From NCBI GenBank assembly GCA_040902655.1, contig JBBDWV010000014.1, forward strand, positions 32,952-96,951: DNA of 64,000 nucleotides, given 5' to 3'. This document shows, in pieces, positions 26,617 to 36,344 of the stretch (the stretch's first letter is position 1; the number at the start of each line of letters is the position of its first letter). Under the pieces are notes generated by a model. It had not been told where the DNA came from, ran no database searches, and was given only the letters and a program-made list of their open reading frames with translations. The stretch is from Mycobacteriales bacterium (GTDB lineage: Bacteria; Actinomycetota; Actinomycetes; Mycobacteriales; SCTD01). The position numbers and the translations under genes were made by a program.

Positions 26617-28131
26617 TCAGAGCCCCTCCAGCAACTCCTCGAGCCGGGCGTCGAAGGCGTCCAGTGAGAAGTCCCTCGCCCGCTGCGCCGCGGCCGAGGC
26701 CAGCTCCCGGCGCCACGGCGGCTCCTCGACCAGCTCACGGGTCCGCGCGGCGAGCTGCTCGAGATCGGCGATGTGCAGCCCGTCGATCCCGTCGCGGACG
26801 ATCTCGAGCAGGCCGCCGGCACCGAGCACGACCGGCACCGCCCCGGCCGACATCGCCTCGACCGTGGAGATGCCGAAGTGCTCGAACCGGTCCGGGTCCC
26901 GGGCCGGGTCCTCGCCGAGGCCGGCGACGTGCCAGTAGATCGCGGCGCGGGCATAGAGCGCGTCCAGCTCGGCGCCGGACGCGTCGACGTGCAGCTCGAC
27001 CGGGTAGCCGGCGGCCTCGGCCTGCACCGCCTGCAGGTAGTCGCGGCCGCCGCCCGAGCAGCCGCCGACCAGGTGCAGCGTCCAGCCGGACAGCCCGGCG
27101 TCGACCAGCCGGCGGAAAACCTGGACCAGCTCGAGCTGCTTCTTGCTGTGGCCCCGCCCGCGGGGGAAGAAGCGGCCCACCCCCAGGATCACCTGGTCCT
27201 TGTCGCCCGTAGACCGCATCGGCACCGGCGGATGCAGCACCACGGCCGGCCGCTGCCAGAGCCGTTCCACCCAGCCGGCGGTGAACTGCGAGTTGGCGAC
27301 CAGCGCGTCGTAGCTGTCCAGCCAGCCGGTCGAGCTCCCCGGGGTCAGGCCGCCCCGGGTCAGGCGTGCGGTGGCGCCCCGGCCGAGCGCCACACCGACC
27401 ACCGGCACACCGAGGGTGCGGGCGTCGTCACCCCCCACCACGTCGGCCGGCACGAAGCCGTCGCAGGACACCACCACCTCGGCCGGTACGCCGGCAGCCG
27501 GGCTGGCGACCCGCACGCGGACCGGCCGCCCGCTCCAGCGCTCCAGCGGCGTGCGCGCAGCACCCAGCCGCGTCGTCGCCGCCTGCCCCCCGTCGACCAG
27601 CACCCGCACATCGGCCGGGTCCGCGCCGGCCGGTCGGGCGAAGCCGAGCATCAGGGTGAGGTCGACCGGCCGGCCCGGTTCCGTCGTCACCAGCAGGGTG
27701 CCCGCACCGTCAGTCCAGGTCGTACGACCCTCGGGCTGGTGGAAGCCGGGCCCCCACTCCACCCGCGGCAGCGGCGACCCCACCGGGGCGGTCCGGGCGC
27801 CCATCGAGGTCGGGAAATGCACGACGTACAAGCTCCTGGGCGCCTGGCTCGCCTCGCGGCTGCGGTGGCTGACATTGACGAACAGGTCGCAGTTCCGGCT
27901 CGCCGCGGACACCGCCCGCGACGTGTGCGGGACGACCCGCACGGTGCAGCCGGACAGGTCCAGCGCCAGCCGTTCGCCGAGCGCGACGAGATCGAGGCCC
28001 TCGTGCGCGATCAGCTCGACCGGTCCCCGTCGCGCGAGCAGCTGCGCGAGCGCCCCGCCGTAGGTCTCGGCGCCGCCCCCGGTGCTCCAGAAGCGGTTGT
28101 AGACCGCCGCCCTCACCGGGCGCCCGGCCAC
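26617..28131 (-). CDS. glycosyltransferase family 4 with inserted beta-rich module (paralog of 19129..20676)
   Basis: 504 aa. VRAAVYNRFWSTGGGAETY, FEHFGISTVEAMSAGAVPVV. Insert TTWTDGAGTLLVTT...DDARTLGVPVVGVALG. By paralog alignment the true start may be the GTG at 28116. Confidence 0.85.
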   Translation of the reverse strand: MAGRPVRAAVYNRFWSTGGGAETYGGALAQLLARRGPVELIAHEGLDLVALGERLALDLSGCTVRVVPHTSRAVSAASRNCDLFVNVSHRSREASQAPRSLYVVHFPTSMGARTAPVGSPLPRVEWGPGFHQPEGRTTWTDGAGTLLVTTEPGRPVDLTLMLGFARPAGADPADVRVLVDGGQAATTRLGAARTPLERWSGRPVRVRVASPAAGVPAEVVVSCDGFVPADVVGGDDARTLGVPVVGVALGRGATARLTRGGLTPGSSTGWLDSYDALVANSQFTAGWVERLWQRPAVVLHPPVPMRSTGDKDQVILGVGRFFPRGRGHSKKQLELVQVFRRLVDAGLSGWTLHLVGGCSGGGRDYLQAVQAEAAGYPVELHVDASGAELDALYARAAIYWHVAGLGEDPARDPDRFEHFGISTVEAMSAGAVPVVLGAGGLLEIVRDGIDGLHIADLEQLAARTRELVEEPPWRRELASAAAQRARDFSLDAFDARLEELLEGL

Positions 28132-28186
28132 GACGTGGACACGGCGGTCAGGCTAGCCGCCGGTGGCCGGGTAGCGTCCCCGCGTC

Positions 28187-29242
28187 ATGAGGGTCGGCCT
28201 GGACGCGACGCCACTGCTCGGGGCGCGCACCGGAGTCGGGCGCTACACCCAGCAGCTGCTGGCGGCCCTGGCCGGTGGGCCGGACGAGCTGGTGGCGACG
28301 GCCTTCACCCTGCGCGGCCGCGGGTCGCTGGAGGTCCCGCCCGGCGTGCAGATCCGGGCACGCGCCCTGCCCGCCCGCGGGCTGCAGGAGGCCTGGGCCC
28401 GTGGCGACCTGCCGCCGGTGGAGTGGCTGGCCGGGCGGCTCGACGTCTTCCACGCCACGAACTTCGTGCTCCCGCCGGCGCGGCGGGCGCGTGGTGTCGT
28501 GACGGTGCACGACCTGGCCTTCCTGCGGATGACCGAGACGGTCAGCGCCGCGAGCGCGCGCTACCGGGCGCTGGTGCCGCGGTCGATCCGGCGCGCCAGG
28601 GTCGTGGTCACGCCGAGCGAGGCGGTGGCCGAGCAGGTCGGGGAGGCGTACGCACCGGCAGTCCCGGTGGTGGCCGTTCCCCACGGCGTCGGGTCCTGGT
28701 GGGCCACCTCCCGGCCGCCGACCGGCGCGCTGCGCGCCCACCTCGGGCTGCCGTCGTCGTACGTGCTGTTCGTCGGGACGCTCGAGCCACGCAAGGACGT
28801 GTGGACCCTGCTCGCGGCACACGCCCTGGTGCCGGACGCCCCCCCGCTGGTGCTCGTGGGCCCGCCCGGGTGGGGTGAGCAGGTGGACGTCAGCGGGGTG
28901 ATCACCCCCGGCTACCTCGATGAGGACGACCTCGGGGCCGTCGTGGCCGGGGCGGCGGCGCTGGTGCTGCCCAGCCGTGACGAGGGCTTCGGGCTGCCGC
29001 TGCTGGAGGCGCTCGCGGCCGGCACGCCGGTCGTGGCGAGCGACCTGCCGGCGCTGCGCGAGGTCGGCGGTGACCTGGTGTCGTATGCGCCGGTCGGCGA
29101 CGCGGAAGGCTTCGCCGAGGCGCTGCGGCAGGTCCTGGACGAGCCCGGGGATGCCTCGGCCCGGCGGGCACACGCCGCGGACTTCACCTGGGCGCGGTCC
29201 GCAGCAGCCCACCGCGCCGCCTATACGCTGGCCCTGTCCTGA
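28187..29242 (+). CDS. glycosyltransferase family 4
   Basis: 351 aa. MRVGLDATPLLGARTGVGRYT, EGFGLPLLEALAAGTPVVASD. Confidence 0.9.
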   Translation: MRVGLDATPLLGARTGVGRYTQQLLAALAGGPDELVATAFTLRGRGSLEVPPGVQIRARALPARGLQEAWARGDLPPVEWLAGRLDVFHATNFVLPPARRARGVVTVHDLAFLRMTETVSAASARYRALVPRSIRRARVVVTPSEAVAEQVGEAYAPAVPVVAVPHGVGSWWATSRPPTGALRAHLGLPSSYVLFVGTLEPRKDVWTLLAAHALVPDAPPLVLVGPPGWGEQVDVSGVITPGYLDEDDLGAVVAGAAALVLPSRDEGFGLPLLEALAAGTPVVASDLPALREVGGDLVSYAPVGDAEGFAEALRQVLDEPGDASARRAHAADFTWARSAAAHRAAYTLALS

Positions 29243-29269
29243 TCGCTCTGCTCTCGAGGTGTTCTCACC

Positions 29270-30157
29270 GTGCGCTTGGCCGACCAACTCCTCGAGCACG
29301 TGCACCTCGCCCAGCGACAGGTCGCCGAGACCCGCTGGCTCAAGAGGAAGGGTGACTGCCGCACCCTGACCTGGCCCGAGGCGGCCGAGGTCAGCAAGAT
29401 CACCAAGGTGACCAGCAGCTGCAACATCTGTGGCTGGCGCGGGCGCGGCTTCGAGGGGATCGAGCACAGCGAGTCCGCCCTGTGCCCCGTCTGCGGCTCG
29501 ATCGCGCGGGACCGCTTCCTCTACTGGTGCTGGACCCAGCGCACGTCCTACGACCCGCAGGCCGCCGTGCTGGAGACCTCGCCGCGGCTCGGCGGCATGT
29601 ACCGGCACCGGATGAGCGAGCGGGTCGACTACACCGCCAGCGACTACGACGAGTCGATGCACCGGGCGGTGCTCCGCCTGGACCTGCAGGCCATCGACCT
29701 GCCCGACGCCTCCCTCGACGTCGTGCTCACGCCGCACGTCCTCGAGCACGTGCCGGACACCGGCAAGGCGCTGTCCGAGCTGTTCCGCGTCCTGAAGCCG
29801 GGCGGCCACGTCCTGCTGCAGGTGCCGATCCCGCAGGCGGTCACGACGGTGCCGACCGAGCCGGAGTACCACGGCGACCGGACGCTGGTGTTCTTCCGCT
29901 TCGGCTGGGACCTCGCCGGCACCATCCGCTCGCACGGCTTCGACTGCCACACCTTGGTGACCCAGGAGCTGCGGGACGCCGCGGCGACCGGCGCCTGCCC
30001 CTGGACGCACGAGGGTCCGGACTGCGACGTGGAGGACCTCATGAAGGGCTCGGACGCGTCGACGATGACCGTCGTCGCCGACGCCGGGCAGGCCCGGCTG
30101 CACGGCTTCCGCCCGGCGTACCAGTTCGTCACCTTCGACTGCCACAAGCCGCGGTAG
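29270..30157 (+). CDS. SAM-dependent methyltransferase with N-terminal CxxC...CxxC zinc-ribbon
   Basis: 295 aa. CNICGWRGRGFEGIEHSESALCPVCGS, VLTPHVLEHVPD, LKPGGHVLLQVP. Confidence 0.8.
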   Translation: MRLADQLLEHVHLAQRQVAETRWLKRKGDCRTLTWPEAAEVSKITKVTSSCNICGWRGRGFEGIEHSESALCPVCGSIARDRFLYWCWTQRTSYDPQAAVLETSPRLGGMYRHRMSERVDYTASDYDESMHRAVLRLDLQAIDLPDASLDVVLTPHVLEHVPDTGKALSELFRVLKPGGHVLLQVPIPQAVTTVPTEPEYHGDRTLVFFRFGWDLAGTIRSHGFDCHTLVTQELRDAAATGACPWTHEGPDCDVEDLMKGSDASTMTVVADAGQARLHGFRPAYQFVTFDCHKPR

Positions 30158-30185
30158 CCCCTCGGCCGGCACTAGCCTGCGACGC

Positions 30186-30824
30186 GTGGCAGGTGAGCTG
30201 TGGTCCTTCGTCTCCTCGCAGGACGAGTTGCGGGAGATCGTCGGCGAGCCCGCGCAGCGGGTTGCGGAGAAGGTGCGCGACCGGCTCCACCCGATGGACC
30301 TGGCGTTCCTGGCGACGTCACCGTTCTGGGCGATGGCCACCGCCTCGGCGGACGGTCGCTGCGACGTGTCGCCGCGGGGCGATCCGGCCGGGTCCTCGGT
30401 CGTGGTCCTGAGCGAGACGACGATCGCCCTCGCCGAGCGCCCCGGGAACCGGCGCGCTGACGGCTTCCGGAACCTGCTCACCAACCCTCATGTCGGGCTG
30501 CTGTTCGTCGTCCCCGGCCGGGGGGACACCCTGCGCGTCAACGGCCGGGGCCGGCTGGTCCGCGAGGCCCCCTTCTTCGACGACATGGTGGTGCAGGGCC
30601 ACCGGCCACGGCTGGCCCTCGTCGTCGAGACCGAGGAGATCTTCTTCCACTGCTCCAAGGCCTTCCTCCGGGCCGGGCTGTGGTCACCGGACGACTGGCC
30701 GGACGAGGACGAGCTGCCGTCGCGGGCGCAGATCGCGCAGGCTCTGGAGCGGCCTGACGAGACCCTCGAGGCGTTGACCGAGTACTACGGCCCGTCCTAC
30801 GCCGGGCGGTTGTACCGGGGCTGA
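30186..30824 (+). CDS. pyridoxamine 5'-phosphate oxidase (PPOX)-class FMN-binding protein
   Basis: 212 aa. DVSPRGDPAG, ERPGNRRADGFRNLLTNPHVGLLFVVPGRGDTLRVNG. Confidence 0.8.
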   Translation: MAGELWSFVSSQDELREIVGEPAQRVAEKVRDRLHPMDLAFLATSPFWAMATASADGRCDVSPRGDPAGSSVVVLSETTIALAERPGNRRADGFRNLLTNPHVGLLFVVPGRGDTLRVNGRGRLVREAPFFDDMVVQGHRPRLALVVETEEIFFHCSKAFLRAGLWSPDDWPDEDELPSRAQIAQALERPDETLEALTEYYGPSYAGRLYRG

Positions 30825-30834
30825 GCGGTGCGGC

Positions 30835-32349
30835 TCACCGCCGCTTGACCGCCTTGCACTTCGCCCGCTCCAGCGGACTCCCGCGGCACACGATCCCCTT
30901 GACGACCACCTCGACGGCGTACGGCAGTGCCCGGTCGCCGTCCCGGCTGCCGGAGATCCGCAGCACGTAGGTCCCCGGCCGCACCGCCCTGCCGTTCTCG
31001 TCGGTCAGGTCCCACGTCGTCGACACCAGCTCCGAGCCGGTGGTCGCGCCGCTGGTGGTCTGCAGCACCTCACCCTCGCTGTCGCTGACGGTCGAGGTCC
31101 AGTCCAGCGCGCCCAGGGTGCGGGCGCTGAGCGCCACCGGACCCCGCGAGCCGCGCAGGTGGGCGGTCCCGCCCGTGAACTCCGGCTCGACGAAGCCCGC
31201 GCCCAGCTTCTCGGCCACCTGTGCGCGGATCTGGTCCATCCGGGCGTAGGTCGTCGCGCCGGGGCAGGCGGTGTTGCCGGCGTCGCGGTGCCCGCTGACG
31301 ACGTCGAAGGTGGCCTTGGTCCCGGCGCTGTACTTCGACGTCCCACCGCCCGCCGAGGTCAGCACCGCCTCGGCCAGCGGGTCGCGGTAGGCCGTCCCGA
31401 GCTTCCACGCCAGCACGTCGGTCAGCCTTCCCAGCGTCGCCGCGGACGGCGGGACGGTCGAGAAGTTCCCGAGCAGCGACACCCCCACGGTGTCCCGGTT
31501 GAAGCCGCCCGTGTGCGCCCCCATCACGAACCTGTCCAGCCCACCGGCGCGGCCTTCGTACGCCCGGCCGAAGCGGTCGACGAGGTAGTTGTAGCCGATG
31601 TCGGACCAGCCGTTGCTCTTCACGTGGTAGGCGTAGATCCCGCGCACCATGGCAGCGGCCTGCTCCGCTGTGTAGTCGTTGCTGCTGGCGGTGTGGTGCA
31701 CGAAGCCGACCTTGACGGTGGCGTTGTACGACGGGCTGCCGCGGCGGATGGACTCGTCGGCGCCCCACTGCGCGCGGGTGACGATGGCCGGCATCGGCTC
31801 CTCGGCGTGCGCCGTGTCGCGCGGCGCCGCGACCGTTGCGTCGGCCGGTGAGGTGCCGGGATCGACCAGCTCGATGGCGACGTCGCGGGGCGTGGCGCCG
31901 GAGAGCGCGTCGAGGCGCACCTGCACGCCGTCGCTCGGGCCGGTCCAGATCGGGGCCGACCCGGCGCGGTAGTCCCGGCTGCGGGCCTCGGCGGAGTCGG
32001 CGTCCGGGACGTCGTCACCCTCGGCCTCGACGTCGGTCCAGTCCGACCAGCGACCGCCGGAGCGGTGCCGTATCGCCACCTCGACCTCGCCGACGGCCGG
32101 GTCCGGTCGCCAGGTGACACCCATCACCGAGAACGGCCGGGTCGTCCGGGCAGCGGTCAGATAGGCAGGCGAGGTCTGCGAGGACCCGAGTGCGCGCAGC
32201 GCCGTCGCGTCGACCGCCCGCAGCGGGATGCGCTCCACGCTGGCGGGCACGGGCCGCGGCGTCGCCGTCGCCGGAGTGACGGTCGGCACGCCGACCAGGA
32301 TTGCCGACAGCGTGACGATCAGCAGGGCGAAGGTGAGCAGGCGGCGCAT
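30835..32349 (-). CDS. secreted N-acetylmuramoyl-L-alanine amidase (Amidase_2/PGRP) with C-terminal Ig-like domain
   Basis: ORF 30835..32379. ATG at 32349 (MRRLLTFALLIVTLSAILVG). VHHTASSNDYTAEQAAAMVRGIYAYHVKSNGWSDIGYNYLVDRFGRAYEGRAGG, GHRDAGNTACPG. Confidence 0.85.
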   Translation of the reverse strand: MRRLLTFALLIVTLSAILVGVPTVTPATATPRPVPASVERIPLRAVDATALRALGSSQTSPAYLTAARTTRPFSVMGVTWRPDPAVGEVEVAIRHRSGGRWSDWTDVEAEGDDVPDADSAEARSRDYRAGSAPIWTGPSDGVQVRLDALSGATPRDVAIELVDPGTSPADATVAAPRDTAHAEEPMPAIVTRAQWGADESIRRGSPSYNATVKVGFVHHTASSNDYTAEQAAAMVRGIYAYHVKSNGWSDIGYNYLVDRFGRAYEGRAGGLDRFVMGAHTGGFNRDTVGVSLLGNFSTVPPSAATLGRLTDVLAWKLGTAYRDPLAEAVLTSAGGGTSKYSAGTKATFDVVSGHRDAGNTACPGATTYARMDQIRAQVAEKLGAGFVEPEFTGGTAHLRGSRGPVALSARTLGALDWTSTVSDSEGEVLQTTSGATTGSELVSTTWDLTDENGRAVRPGTYVLRISGSRDGDRALPYAVEVVVKGIVCRGSPLERAKCKAVKRR

Positions 32350-32493
32350 GGGAGGAACTCCAGACAGCTGGACGACCAACGGGGGCAGGCAGCCACCGCG
32401 GCTTCCCCACCGCGACGTCCTGCTCCACTGTCACCTATGGACGCCGGCGAAGCCGGGAGGTTGTGCCAAGCGTGTCTTGCCGGACAGTTCCCG

Positions 32494-35313
32494 TCAGCGC
32501 ACCGCCGTCGTCCGCACCGGTGTGGCGTTGCCGTCCGAGCGGGCGTACCAGCTGTGTGCGGTGACCGGGGCGAAGCTGACCGTCCAGCGCCCGTCGCTCC
32601 CGGCGGTGACGACCCGGCCGACCCGGAAGGTGGGCAGGTCCCGCGCCCGCCGACCGCCGACCAGCAGGGAGGGCGCGCCGTCGCGCCGGAACAGCACCTC
32701 GACCTGTGCGCCGGGGCGGGCCGTGCCGGACAGCGGCACCGCGGTGCCGCGGCGCACCGCGGTCGCACCCGCCACCGTCGGGGCGACCGTCATCCGCCGC
32801 ACCGCGCCGACGCGGGTGGCCGCCACCGGGCGGTACTCGTACTCGTCGTCGACACCGTGGGACGTGCTGAAGGCGCCGGACCCGTCGGCGGTCAGGGTGG
32901 CGCGGCCGGTGAACGCCGTCGCCCCGCGCCGGCGGGTCTCGACAACGACCCGGTCGCCGGGCCGGGCCCGGCCGGCCAGCTGCACCGTCGTGCCGAAGGC
33001 GGCGGTCGCCGGTCCGGTCACCGTGGGCATCGTCAGCGTGGCGGCGTCGGCGGAGGACACCCCGTTCGAGGACGCCCAGTACTCGTGGTCCTCGACCCCG
33101 GCGTAGGACGTCGCCCACCGGCCGGAGCCGTCGAAGCGCCCGTCACGCAAGCGGCTCCACACGTCGGAGCCACGGCGGCGGAACCACAGCGAGACGGGTG
33201 CGCCGGCCGGACCCGCGACCGTGACCTCGACCGGGGCACCGGCCTCGACGGCCTCGGGGGCGGACACCCTCAGCGGGGGAGCCGGCGCGGCAGCCAGCGG
33301 CGGTAGATCGCTGATCCGGGTGCTGACCCGGGTGCTGGTCCGGCCGCCGGCGACGGCGAAGTAGCTGTACTCGTCGTTGGCCACGTAGCTGGTCCGGTAG
33401 GTGCCGTCCGCCGCCAGCCGGGACTGCCGGCGCCGGTTGTAGGACGGCTCGCCGCGGCGGGCGAACCACAGCTCGACCTCCTGGCCCGGCTCGCCCTGGA
33501 CGACGACGTCGACCGTGTCGTCGGTCGCGACCTTCGCCGGCGCCGTGACGTCGAGCCCGTTGGGAACCTCCCCGACGAGCGTCTCGGCGTCGTTGGAGGT
33601 GACCGTGCTGCTCTTGACGAAGTACTCGTGCGGCAGGTCGGCCGTGTACGTGGTGGTGTACGTGCCGCCGGCGTCGAGCACGCCGGAGCGGCGCTGCACG
33701 AAGGCCGGGTCGCCCTGCCGGCGGAACCACACGGTCACGGCGGCACCGGCCGGGCCGGTGGCGGTGACCAGGACGGCAGAACCGGCCGGCGCGGTCACCG
33801 GCCCCTGGATCCGCAGGACCGAGGCCTCGCCGGACGGTGCCGAGGTCGGCGCGGGCGACAGCCGGGTCGAGCGCCGGGGAGTCGCGTCGCCGCCGGCGAT
33901 CGCGAAGAACGTGTAGTCGTCGTCGGCGGGGTAGCTGGTGCTGTAGCTGCCGCTGCTCGACAGCACCGCGTCGCGGCGCTTGGTGAACCCGGCGTCGCCC
34001 CGCTTGGCGAACCACACCTCCACGGCTGCGCCCGCCGGGCCGCCGGCCACCGTCAGCGGCACGGTGGCTCCCGGCGCCGCGGTCGCAGGGACGCTCAGCT
34101 CGAAGGAGGTCGGGCCGGCGGGCTCGGCCGGCGCGGCGCCTGCCGCCAGGGCCGCAGCGCGGTCCCGGATGCCGGGCAGTGCGGCGACGCCGCGCGCGCC
34201 GGGGCAGGCGGTCGTGCTGACGTCCCGGTGGCCGAAGACGGTCGGCAGCTTCACGACCGTCCCGCGGCTGTAGCGGGTGCTGCCGGCGGAGGTCAGCGAG
34301 ACGCTGCCCCGCGGGTCGACGCCGGCCAGCGAGAGCCGCCACGCGGACAGCTGCGCGACCGACTCCAGCATCTGGCCACTCGGCGTGACGCTCTCGTACG
34401 TGCCGATCATCGAGATGCCGACGGTGCCGGTGTTGAAGCCGCCGGCGTGCGCCCCGATCACCGACCGCGACGTCCCGCCGGCGCGGCCCTCCCAGATCCG
34501 GCCGAAGCGGTCGACGAGGAAGTTGTAGCCGATGTCGGACCAGCCCTGGCTCTTCACGTGATAGGCGTAGAAGCCACGCAGCAGGCGGGGCACGTCGGCC
34601 TCGGAGTAGCCGTTCGCGCTGGCCGTGTGGTGGAGCGTGACGGCCCGGGTGCCGGAGGCGTACGAGGGCGAGCCCGAGCGCAGCGACTCGTCGGCGCCCC
34701 ACGCGGCGCGGCTGCGCACGAGGGGGGCCTTGGAGGCCGCCTGCGCCTCCGACCGCAGCGCTCCGGTCGCGACCGGGGCGTCCGCCGGCGAGGAGCCGGG
34801 GTCGACGAGGGAGAGCCGCAGTCCGGTCGGATCCGCGCCGGACAGCACGTCCACGCGCGCCTGCACGCCGTCGGCCGCTCCGACCCACAGCGGTGACGTC
34901 GCGTCGCGGACGCCGGCGGCGTCCTTGGTGCCGGCGTCGGGCTCCTCGTCCGCCAGCCCGCCCAGGTCCTGCCAGCCGGACCAGGTGCCGTCGGTCCGGG
35001 TCCGCACCCAGGCCTGCACACCCGAGACCGCCGGGTCCCGCTCCCAGGTGACGCCGACGAGGGCGAAGGGCGCGGTGTCGAGCAGGTCGGTCAGCAGGAC
35101 GGTGCGCCGGTGGGCACCGGCGACCAGCGCGCCGGTCACGCCGGACGGCGCACCGGACTGCGCCGCCGCCTCGTGCACACCGGCGACGGCCAGCTCCTGC
35201 ACGACCGGCGGGACCGGTGTCGGCGCTGCGGTCGCAGACGGGGTCAGGACCGGGACGGCCAGCAGGCCGGGCACCAGCAGGGTGAGCAGGGACAGGGAGC
35301 GGGACACGCGCAC
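32494..35313 (-). CDS. secreted N-acetylmuramoyl-L-alanine amidase (Amidase_2) followed by six ~95-aa tandem repeats
   Basis: In-frame part of ORF 32494..35703. GTG at 35313 (VRVSRSLSLLTLLVPGLLA). LHHTASANGYSEADVPRLLRGFYAYHVKSQGWSDIGYNFLVDRFGRIWEGRAGG, GHRDVSTTACPG. Repeats carry the W-F-(R/K)-R-x-G core. Start uncertain. Confidence 0.8.
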   Translation of the reverse strand: MRVSRSLSLLTLLVPGLLAVPVLTPSATAAPTPVPPVVQELAVAGVHEAAAQSGAPSGVTGALVAGAHRRTVLLTDLLDTAPFALVGVTWERDPAVSGVQAWVRTRTDGTWSGWQDLGGLADEEPDAGTKDAAGVRDATSPLWVGAADGVQARVDVLSGADPTGLRLSLVDPGSSPADAPVATGALRSEAQAASKAPLVRSRAAWGADESLRSGSPSYASGTRAVTLHHTASANGYSEADVPRLLRGFYAYHVKSQGWSDIGYNFLVDRFGRIWEGRAGGTSRSVIGAHAGGFNTGTVGISMIGTYESVTPSGQMLESVAQLSAWRLSLAGVDPRGSVSLTSAGSTRYSRGTVVKLPTVFGHRDVSTTACPGARGVAALPGIRDRAAALAAGAAPAEPAGPTSFELSVPATAAPGATVPLTVAGGPAGAAVEVWFAKRGDAGFTKRRDAVLSSSGSYSTSYPADDDYTFFAIAGGDATPRRSTRLSPAPTSAPSGEASVLRIQGPVTAPAGSAVLVTATGPAGAAVTVWFRRQGDPAFVQRRSGVLDAGGTYTTTYTADLPHEYFVKSSTVTSNDAETLVGEVPNGLDVTAPAKVATDDTVDVVVQGEPGQEVELWFARRGEPSYNRRRQSRLAADGTYRTSYVANDEYSYFAVAGGRTSTRVSTRISDLPPLAAAPAPPLRVSAPEAVEAGAPVEVTVAGPAGAPVSLWFRRRGSDVWSRLRDGRFDGSGRWATSYAGVEDHEYWASSNGVSSADAATLTMPTVTGPATAAFGTTVQLAGRARPGDRVVVETRRRGATAFTGRATLTADGSGAFSTSHGVDDEYEYRPVAATRVGAVRRMTVAPTVAGATAVRRGTAVPLSGTARPGAQVEVLFRRDGAPSLLVGGRRARDLPTFRVGRVVTAGSDGRWTVSFAPVTAHSWYARSDGNATPVRTTAVR

Positions 35314-35417
35314 AGGAGGAGCCTTCGCAGCCGACGGCAGGGCGGGAGGACACGCCGCAGCGCTTCCCCTTCCCGTCCTCGGCAGCCGGCGGGTGGTACT
35401 GGAGTGACCGGCGGGGC

Positions 35418-36344
35418 CTACGGGCGAAGGGAGCTCCCGCACAGCCGGAAGGCCTCGGACAGCGCCTCGCGCCAGTCCGGCAGCTGCGGCAGCCCGGCCT
35501 CGTCCCAGGCCCGCGACGACAGCGCGCTGTACGCCGGCCGCGGCGCCGGGACGGGGTAGGCGGCCGTGGGGATCGGCAGCACACGGGCCGGATCCGCACC
35601 CAGCTCCTCGAAGATCGCGCGGGCGAAGCCGTGCCAGGTCGTCTGTCCCCGGCTGGTGCAGTGATAGGTGCCGGCGGGGACGTCCTCGCGGGCCAGCGCC
35701 CACAGCCCCTTGGCCAGGTCACGGCTCCACGTCGGCGACCCGCGTTGGTCGTCGACGACGCTGACCGTCTCCTTCTCCCGCTCCAGCCGCGCCATCGTCT
35801 TGACGAAATTCCTGCCGGTGCCGCCGTAGACCCAGGCCGTCCGCACGATCCACGAGGCGTCCGGCAGCAGCTCCCGCACGGCCAGCTCGCCGGCCAGCTT
35901 GGTCCTCCCGTAGGCCGACCGCGGTCCGGTCTCGTCGTCGACGTCGTACGGCGGCCCGGCGGCCCGGTCTCCCGGGAAGACGTAGTCGGTGCTGACGTGG
36001 ACCAGCTTCGCGCCGTTGCTCGCACAGGCCTGCGCGAGCAGCGCCGGCGCCGTCGCGTTCACCGCGTACGCCGTCTCCTCGTCGCTCTCGGCGGCGTCCA
36101 CGGCGGTGTAGGCGGCGGCGTTGACCACCACGACCCGGTGCCCGGGGCTGTCCGAGCGCACCACCCGACACCACTGCGCCACCGTGTCCTTGACCGCGAA
36201 CGGGTCGGTGACGTCCAGCTCGGCGGAGGTCAGCCCCCGACAGAAGACGGTCTGCCCGAGCGGCCGCGCCACGTCGACGAAGTCGCTCGCGAGCTGCCCG
36301 CCCATCCCGGTGACCAGGAAGGCGAGCGTGTCGCGGGAGCTCAC
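35418..36344 (-). CDS. rmlD: dTDP-4-dehydrorhamnose reductase
   Basis: In-frame part of ORF 35418..36404. GTG at 36344 overlaps the rmlB stop (GTGA). FLVTGMGGQLA, NAAAYTAVDAAE, STDYVF, YGRTKLAGE. Confidence 0.9.
   Translation of the reverse strand: MSSRDTLAFLVTGMGGQLASDFVDVARPLGQTVFCRGLTSAELDVTDPFAVKDTVAQWCRVVRSDSPGHRVVVVNAAAYTAVDAAESDEETAYAVNATAPALLAQACASNGAKLVHVSTDYVFPGDRAAGPPYDVDDETGPRSAYGRTKLAGELAVRELLPDASWIVRTAWVYGGTGRNFVKTMARLEREKETVSVVDDQRGSPTWSRDLAKGLWALAREDVPAGTYHCTSRGQTTWHGFARAIFEELGADPARVLPIPTAAYPVPAPRPAYSALSSRAWDEAGLPQLPDWREALSEAFRLCGSSLRP

Noticed and set aside
24053-26716. 887-aa version of the SNF2 helicase
   Set aside because: The upstream 155 codons are Gly/Arg/Pro-rich with lower third-position GC and overlap the neighbouring GT4 gene end. 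The ATG at 26251 is preferred but unproven.
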